DNA of 64,000 nucleotides from Candidatus Izemoplasmatales bacterium (GTDB lineage Bacteria; Bacillota_I; Bacilli_A; Izemoplasmatales; Hujiaoplasmataceae): NCBI GenBank assembly GCA_050949045.1, contig JBMNEZ010000001.1, positions 576,001 to 640,000 of the forward strand, read 5' to 3'. Shown piece by piece: positions 58,734 to 64,000 of this stretch (position 1 is its first letter; each line of letters starts with the position of its first letter). The notes under the pieces were generated by a model. It saw only the letters and a program-made list of their open reading frames with translations, ran no database searches and was not told where the DNA came from. The position numbers and the translations under genes were made by a program.

Positions 58734-59016
58734 TATTTGAGTTCGATTGAATTTGTGAATTAATCCACAAAACTTACCTCTGCGAAATAATTGATACGAT
58801 TATCTCAGAAGGGTAAACTGTTTCTCTTGGCTTAATCATATTCTTTTATCGCCAATGAAACGATAGTTTTCACCATTCTGCTTGTTTTTAATGTTTTTCA
58901 TTTTTTCTTCAAAAAATCGCCGAAATTTTGCTTTTTTTTGATAAGGACAGTACTAATGGTCTCATAAACAGTTAAAAACGCACCAATAAAAGATTCGAAT
59001 AAATTAAAAAACATCG

Positions 59017-59817
59017 TCATTTACGACGATGCTTTCGAATATCTATGGCTTCTTCTACTTCTATTCCCAACTGCCTCGCAAATTCGTAAGCCTCAACAAC
59101 TGCTTGGTCATACACCTGCGAAGGGTCGTGGGCATCAGATGAAATAATCACTTTCGGTTTATGTTTTTTGACCAGTTGCCAAAACTCAAGACGAGGATAC
59201 AGATATCTGATTCCGCTCTTTGTAAGACGCTTGCCTTTTCTGATCCCATTGACATTGATTTCAAGAGGGATCTTGTTTTTGACCGCCTCGACGATCAATC
59301 TCTCACACTCGTTCATTATTGTTTGATCGAGCGACAAAAAATTATAGAGCATGAGATCGGGATGACATATGAACTGAAAATACTTTGTCTCCATTGCCTT
59401 GACTAAGGTATCGACGTATACTCTGACATGCTCTTGAGTCAATAACCGGTAACAACTGCGAAGTCCTCGGAATGAATCAGCGTCAGGGATGTAGTGTTGT
59501 CCAAGTGCCAGATAATCTAGTTGATCAAGATATTGTTCATACAAAGAATGGTATTGTGGAAAGTATTCGATCTCGAGCGCCTTGTAGACGATGATTTCGT
59601 TTTTGTAATTCTCAATCGCGTCATCACATTCTTTAAGATATGTTTCCAAATCTTCAGGGTCCATCCTGACGCTTCGATCCATCAATTCCCTAAAAGGCGC
59701 ATGGTCGGACATACCCAGAGAGGCAAATCCCATTCTGATCGCCTCCTCCACGTATTCTTTCACACTTCCATTGGCGTGGCGACATAAATACATGTGGGTA
59801 TGATAGTTGTTCTTCAT
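59017..59817 (-). CDS. PHP-family phosphatase (histidinol-phosphatase-like)
   Basis: NYHTH..CRHA, SDHAP, GQH, CHPD, SSDAH metal-binding motifs. Confidence 0.88.
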   Translation of the reverse strand: MKNNYHTHMYLCRHANGSVKEYVEEAIRMGFASLGMSDHAPFRELMDRSVRMDPEDLETYLKECDDAIENYKNEIIVYKALEIEYFPQYHSLYEQYLDQLDYLALGQHYIPDADSFRGLRSCYRLLTQEHVRVYVDTLVKAMETKYFQFICHPDLMLYNFLSLDQTIMNECERLIVEAVKNKIPLEINVNGIRKGKRLTKSGIRYLYPRLEFWQLVKKHKPKVIISSDAHDPSQVYDQAVVEAYEFARQLGIEVEEAIDIRKHRRK

Positions 59818-61322
59818 CAGTTTAGGCGGAAATGACATCCAACGCTCTCCTTCCGCTCAAGTGCTTGTTCTGTTATCAGAAGCGCGGTCGTGACCATGTT
59901 CAAGGCCTCATAGTAGTAGCGGGTCAGATTGGGAGATTTTTTCAGGTTCCTATACATGACCGAAAAATACTCTTTTGCCATCTTCAGTCCGGATTCGCTC
60001 CTAACGATACCAACGTATTCATCCATATAGTCGCCAATCTTCTTTTTTAGGGGTTTATAGTTGTAATTGTAGTTTGGCAATTCAGCCAGTTCGATTTTCG
60101 CGCCATGATTGATGCCATCAAGGATCGCATTGATCCTTTTCGCAGCCGACTTTCCAAAGACAATGCATTCAAGGAGCGAATTTGATGCTAAGCGATTGGC
60201 TCCGTGGACGCCTGTCGCAGCCACTTCACCGACGGCAAACAGGTTCTTAATGCTTGTTTCTCCATCGAGATCGGTTTTTACGCCACCACAACTGAAGTGT
60301 TCGCAAGGAGCGACCGGCAACAAATCCCTCCCCAACTGGTAGCCTTCTTGAAGACAACGCTTGTATATGGTAGGGAAACGCTTTGCCAGATATACCGAAT
60401 CAAGGTGTCTCGTATCAAGATAGACATGGTCGGTCCATGTATCGTACATCTCGCGATAGATGGCTTGTGAAACGACGTCTCTCGGTGCCAACTCCTTCAG
60501 TTCAGGATTATATTTGTCCATAAAACGCTCTTTCTCGATATTCAGCAAAAGCGCACCTTCACCCCTGAGAGCTTCAGAGATCAGAAAACGCCGGCGGGTC
60601 TTCGAATGCTCGGAGTGAAGCGCGGTTGGATGGAATTGGACAAACTCCATATCGGTTATTTTGGCTTTGGCTCGGTAAGCCATCCCGAGACCGTCGCCGG
60701 TGGCGCTGAGATCGTTGGTGGTCGCACCATAGAGCGAGCCGATCCCACCAGTGGCAAGAATCACGATTTTAGCATAGACGGGATAATACGCTGCGTCGTT
60801 TTGAAGTACGGTTGCGCCAATGACGTTCCCCTCGCAAGAAATCAATAAATCAAGCGCGACCGTCTGTTCTAGAAGCTCGATGTTTGGATGGCGGTCCAAA
60901 ATCGAAGTCAAACCTTTTGTGGCATAGTACCCGGAAGCATCCCCGCCGCTATGAAGGATCCTATTCCGTGAATGGCCGCCTTCTCTCGTAAGTAGATAGT
61001 TGTTGTTCTCATCCTTGTCAAAATGGATGCCAAGGGCAACCAGCGACTCGATGGCGTCGCTGGCGTTCTTGACCAGATAGGCGACTGCTTTCTTGTCATT
61101 GATAAAAGAGCCGGCTTTGAGGGTGTCCTCATAGTGGCTGTCAAGACAGATCGGATCATCGGATAATTCTGCGGCGATGCCGCCTTGAGCGAGCATCGAG
61201 TTCGAGTTGTCGACCGCTTCTTTGGCGATTAACAAAACCTTGTATTTCGGATCGACAGACAGCGCTGAGAAGACGCCCGCCAATCCCGTCCCGATTACGA
61301 GGACGTCCACAAAGCGTTCCAT
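59817..61322 (-). CDS. nadB: L-aspartate oxidase
   Basis: GTGLAG, AQGGIA, EGGHS, QFHPT, SEALRGEG, HGANRLASNSLLE. Confidence 0.95.
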   Translation of the reverse strand: MERFVDVLVIGTGLAGVFSALSVDPKYKVLLIAKEAVDNSNSMLAQGGIAAELSDDPICLDSHYEDTLKAGSFINDKKAVAYLVKNASDAIESLVALGIHFDKDENNNYLLTREGGHSRNRILHSGGDASGYYATKGLTSILDRHPNIELLEQTVALDLLISCEGNVIGATVLQNDAAYYPVYAKIVILATGGIGSLYGATTNDLSATGDGLGMAYRAKAKITDMEFVQFHPTALHSEHSKTRRRFLISEALRGEGALLLNIEKERFMDKYNPELKELAPRDVVSQAIYREMYDTWTDHVYLDTRHLDSVYLAKRFPTIYKRCLQEGYQLGRDLLPVAPCEHFSCGGVKTDLDGETSIKNLFAVGEVAATGVHGANRLASNSLLECIVFGKSAAKRINAILDGINHGAKIELAELPNYNYNYKPLKKKIGDYMDEYVGIVRSESGLKMAKEYFSVMYRNLKKSPNLTRYYYEALNMVTTALLITEQALERKESVGCHFRLN

Positions 61323-62218
61323 CAACTTAATTCGAGCATCAAATCGAGTGCCCGTTTCGCTTTCAATATAATTTCTTTTTCAAGAGTGACCTCGTGTTGC
61401 TCATAAAGAAGCGCCTCATAGACTTCTTTGAGCGTCGTCTTCTTCATATCCCGGCAAACCATATTGGGATCAAGGACGTAAAAAGACTTGTCCGGGTTTT
61501 GTTTTCTGAGGGGATGGAGGATGCCTTCCTCGGTGCCAATGATGAATTCTTTCGCGGAAGATTTGTTGGCATAGTCGATGATGCCGCGGGTGCTGCCAAC
61601 ATAATCAGCGAGTTTCAAAACGCTCAACGGCGCTTCCGGATGGATAAGGACCTTCGCTTTTGGATATTTGGATTTCATTTGAAAAACATCGGCGTCGGTG
61701 AGCCGGTTATGGACAATGCAATGTCCCGGCCAAAGTTCAATATCTAAATGATAACGGTCCCTGAGATAATTCCCAAGATTCAGGTCGGGGATATATAGCA
61801 GTTTATGATCTTGATAGTGCCTGATGATCTTCTCGGCGTTTGAGCTGGTGACACAGACATCGCTAAGCGCCTTGATCTCGGCGTGAGAATTGACGTAGCA
61901 GATCACCTTACGATCCGGATGTTCCTCTTTGTATTTGATGAGCTTGTCTTTGTCGATCATCATCGCCATCGGGCAGCCGGCATTTTTTACTGGCAGCAAT
62001 ACTTTTTTCTCGGGAGAAAGTACTTTTGCCGTCTCCGCCATGAAATTGACACCGCAAAAAACGATGATCTTCGCCGGGGTCGTTTGCGCAGTCCGGCTGA
62101 GTTCAAGCGAGTCTCCGACAAAATCAGCGATGTCCTGGACTTCGGGAGACTGGTAAAAATGAGCCAAGATAACCGCTTCCTTGGCCTGTTTTAACTCTAG
62201 TATCTCGTTTTCGTACAT
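61322..62218 (-). CDS. nadA: Quinolinate synthase
   Basis: LAHFYQ, FCGVNFMAE, AGCPMA, YVNS, CIVH, HPE, C-terminal Cys. Confidence 0.96.
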   Translation of the reverse strand: MYENEILELKQAKEAVILAHFYQSPEVQDIADFVGDSLELSRTAQTTPAKIIVFCGVNFMAETAKVLSPEKKVLLPVKNAGCPMAMMIDKDKLIKYKEEHPDRKVICYVNSHAEIKALSDVCVTSSNAEKIIRHYQDHKLLYIPDLNLGNYLRDRYHLDIELWPGHCIVHNRLTDADVFQMKSKYPKAKVLIHPEAPLSVLKLADYVGSTRGIIDYANKSSAKEFIIGTEEGILHPLRKQNPDKSFYVLDPNMVCRDMKKTTLKEVYEALLYEQHEVTLEKEIILKAKRALDLMLELS

Positions 62219-62317
62219 CTGATCAGCCCATTTCCTGTAGATAGTAATATTATATGCTTTTTGCCTACATTTCTCAACAATATGCTATAATTTGATTAGC
62301 TTCAGAAAGGAATGGTC

Positions 62318-63550
62318 ATGATGTATGAGCCGCTTGCGAGCAGACTGAGGCCGAAAGTTTTCGCTGATGTCATCGGTCAGGACAAATTGGTCAAAACGCT
62401 TCAGACCATGCTTGAAAAGAACCGGCTGGTATCCTTGATCCTTTACGGTCCTACCGGTGTCGGCAAAACGACGATCGCCCTGCTTGTGGCTGATTCTTTC
62501 CCACTGAACCACTACAAGTTTAACGCTTCGACCGATCAAAAAGCAACGCTAAAGAAAATCGTCGAGGCAAGCAACCTCTACGGCTCGGTCCTTTTGATCA
62601 TCGACGAGATCCACAGGATGAACCGGGATATCCAGGATTATCTCTTACCACATATTGAATCAGGAAAAATCATCATGCTGGGATTGACGACCGAGAATCC
62701 CTATGTAGCCTGTAATCCGGCAATCAGATCCCGGGCCGCGATCTTCAAGCTCGAGCGTCCGAGCGAAAGCGAGATATTTACCTTTCTCAAGAAGATTGAT
62801 CCGGCCGTTCTCGAGACAAAACTCACCGTCCCCGACGATATTCTCCATTACATCGCCAGAGCTGCCAACGGCGAAGTCAGAGGCGCCATCAATATGCTTG
62901 AGATGCTTCTTCTCCAAGTTGATTCCCAAGAAGATATGAAATTGGAAATCGTCAAAGACCTAGTTGGCATGCCCTCTCTTTCGGTCGACTACATGCAAGA
63001 CAGCTACTACGACATCCTGAGCGCCTTTCATAAGTCGGTCCGCGGCAGCGATGTCGACGCCGCACTCCACTATCTCGCCAGACTGATCGTCGGCGGCGAT
63101 CTCGAATCGTTGCTTAGGCGAATCAGTGCGATCGTCTACGAAGACATCGGCCTCGCCAATCCTTTGATGGGAGTCAAGGTTGCTTCAATGTGTGATATCG
63201 CCAGACATCTCGGCTATCCGGAGGCGGTCAACGGCCTCGGAGCGATCACGATCGAGATGTGCCTTTCCCCCAAATCAAACAGCGCCCACCTGGCGGTGAA
63301 CAAAGCCATTCAGGATGTCGAGGCGGGCATGACCTACAAGGTACCCTCGCATCTCATCAACAATCCCACCTATGACGACAAACAACCATACAAGTATCCC
63401 CATGATTATCCGGGGCATATCACCGCTCAGCAATATCTTCCGGAGCAATTAAAACATAAACGCTATTACGAGCCCCAAGACCATACCAAACTCGAACAAG
63501 CCTTCAAAGAACAATATCTTGCCATTAGGAAAGTGCTCGATCAAGAATAG
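62318..63550 (+). CDS. rarA: Replication-associated recombination protein A (MgsA/RarA)
   Basis: PLASRLRP, GPTGVGKT, DEIHR, TTENP, SAFHKSVRGSD, YKYPHDY; start 62312-62321. Confidence 0.96.
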   Translation: MMYEPLASRLRPKVFADVIGQDKLVKTLQTMLEKNRLVSLILYGPTGVGKTTIALLVADSFPLNHYKFNASTDQKATLKKIVEASNLYGSVLLIIDEIHRMNRDIQDYLLPHIESGKIIMLGLTTENPYVACNPAIRSRAAIFKLERPSESEIFTFLKKIDPAVLETKLTVPDDILHYIARAANGEVRGAINMLEMLLLQVDSQEDMKLEIVKDLVGMPSLSVDYMQDSYYDILSAFHKSVRGSDVDAALHYLARLIVGGDLESLLRRISAIVYEDIGLANPLMGVKVASMCDIARHLGYPEAVNGLGAITIEMCLSPKSNSAHLAVNKAIQDVEAGMTYKVPSHLINNPTYDDKQPYKYPHDYPGHITAQQYLPEQLKHKRYYEPQDHTKLEQAFKEQYLAIRKVLDQE

Positions 63551-63554
63551 CAGT

Positions 63555-63584
63555 AAAAAGGGATGCCGCAGCATCCCTTGTTTT
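63555..63584. terminator. Bidirectional terminator
   Basis: AAAAAGGGATGC-CGCA-GCATCCCTTGTTTTT. Confidence 0.8.
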
Positions 63585-64000
63585 TAAATAACATTGCAAA
63601 GCATATCATTTTGGGTGTCGATGATCACCGGGATGATCACCGGCTTGCGTTTGGTCATTTCGTACAGATACTTTTGGACCTCAAAGCGGACTTCTTCTTT
63701 GTAGAATTTCCAGTCGATAAATTCTTGGGAAAACTGCTTTTCAGTGATCCTCCGGTAAATATCTTCGATTGTTTTGATCGTTTCCTCGTTGTCTTCCATA
63801 TACATAAAACCGCGGCTGACAATTTCCGGATTGTTGAGCATGACGCGTTCCTTGGCATTGATATTGGCGATGATCATCAGGAATCCGTCTTCGCTCAAGA
63901 GCTCCCGATCTTTCAAAACGGTGTCGTTGATATCGATTTTAAAGTTGCCATCGACCAAGATGGATCCATTCATGACCAGATCGTGCTGGGGATCGAGATT
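63584..64000 (-). CDS. rnj: Ribonuclease J, C-terminal part (5' end outside the window)
   Basis: GSILVDG, VLKDRELLSEDG, PEIVSRGF, TKRKPVIIPVI. Confidence 0.88.
   Translation of the reverse strand, partial: NLDPQHDLVMNGSILVDGNFKIDINDTVLKDRELLSEDGFLMIIANINAKERVMLNNPEIVSRGFMYMEDNEETIKTIEDIYRRITEKQFSQEFIDWKFYKEEVRFEVQKYLYEMTKRKPVIIPVIIDTQNDMLCNVI

Noticed and set aside
58500..59016. AT-rich gap with DnaA-like boxes as oriC
   Set aside because: Only imperfect boxes, no dnaA/dnaN nearby, genes converge on it rather than diverge, and it contains dif
1..64000. UGA=Trp recoding (genetic code 4)
   Set aside because: Conserved genes are full-length under code 11 and several end in TGA within ATGA/TGATG overlaps

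Overview
Gene-dense housekeeping chromosome segment of a Bacillota-derived bacterium using genetic code 11 (TGA is a stop, with many ATGA/TGATG overlaps). Gene content and style resemble free-living Mollicutes relatives such as Izemoplasmatales or Acholeplasmatales; this is inference, not verified. About 63 CDS are present, including rdgB, potABCD, nusB-xseAB-dxs, ispH, cshB, trmL, nadDE, mnmA, glmMU, infC-rpmI-rplT, glgAC, ppdK, rsmD-coaD, rplU-rpmA, galK, obg, ruvA, nadAB, rarA and a partial rnj. RNA elements are four tRNAs (Thr-GGT; Arg-TCT, -CCT, -CCG), a likely 6S RNA and the L20 and L21 leaders. No mobile element or CRISPR array was seen. Main observations: (1) a coupled four-gene operon at 24055-26881 whose secreted first product has an aerolysin/ETX-MTX2-like beta-pore-forming pattern, followed by a membrane-anchored acidic protein and an ABC transporter, with its RBS buried in a hairpin; (2) a Firmicutes-type dif site at 58706-58733, where gene orientation flips; (3) L27 with a non-canonical N-terminal extension and no adjacent prp; (4) a TPR protein with degenerate GGDEF/EAL domains; (5) a radical-SAM-like protein lacking its cysteine motif; (6) an ECF sigma paired with an RsgI-type anti-sigma; (7) a long hairpin leader upstream of potA. 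All family calls come from motif recognition by eye, without database searches.
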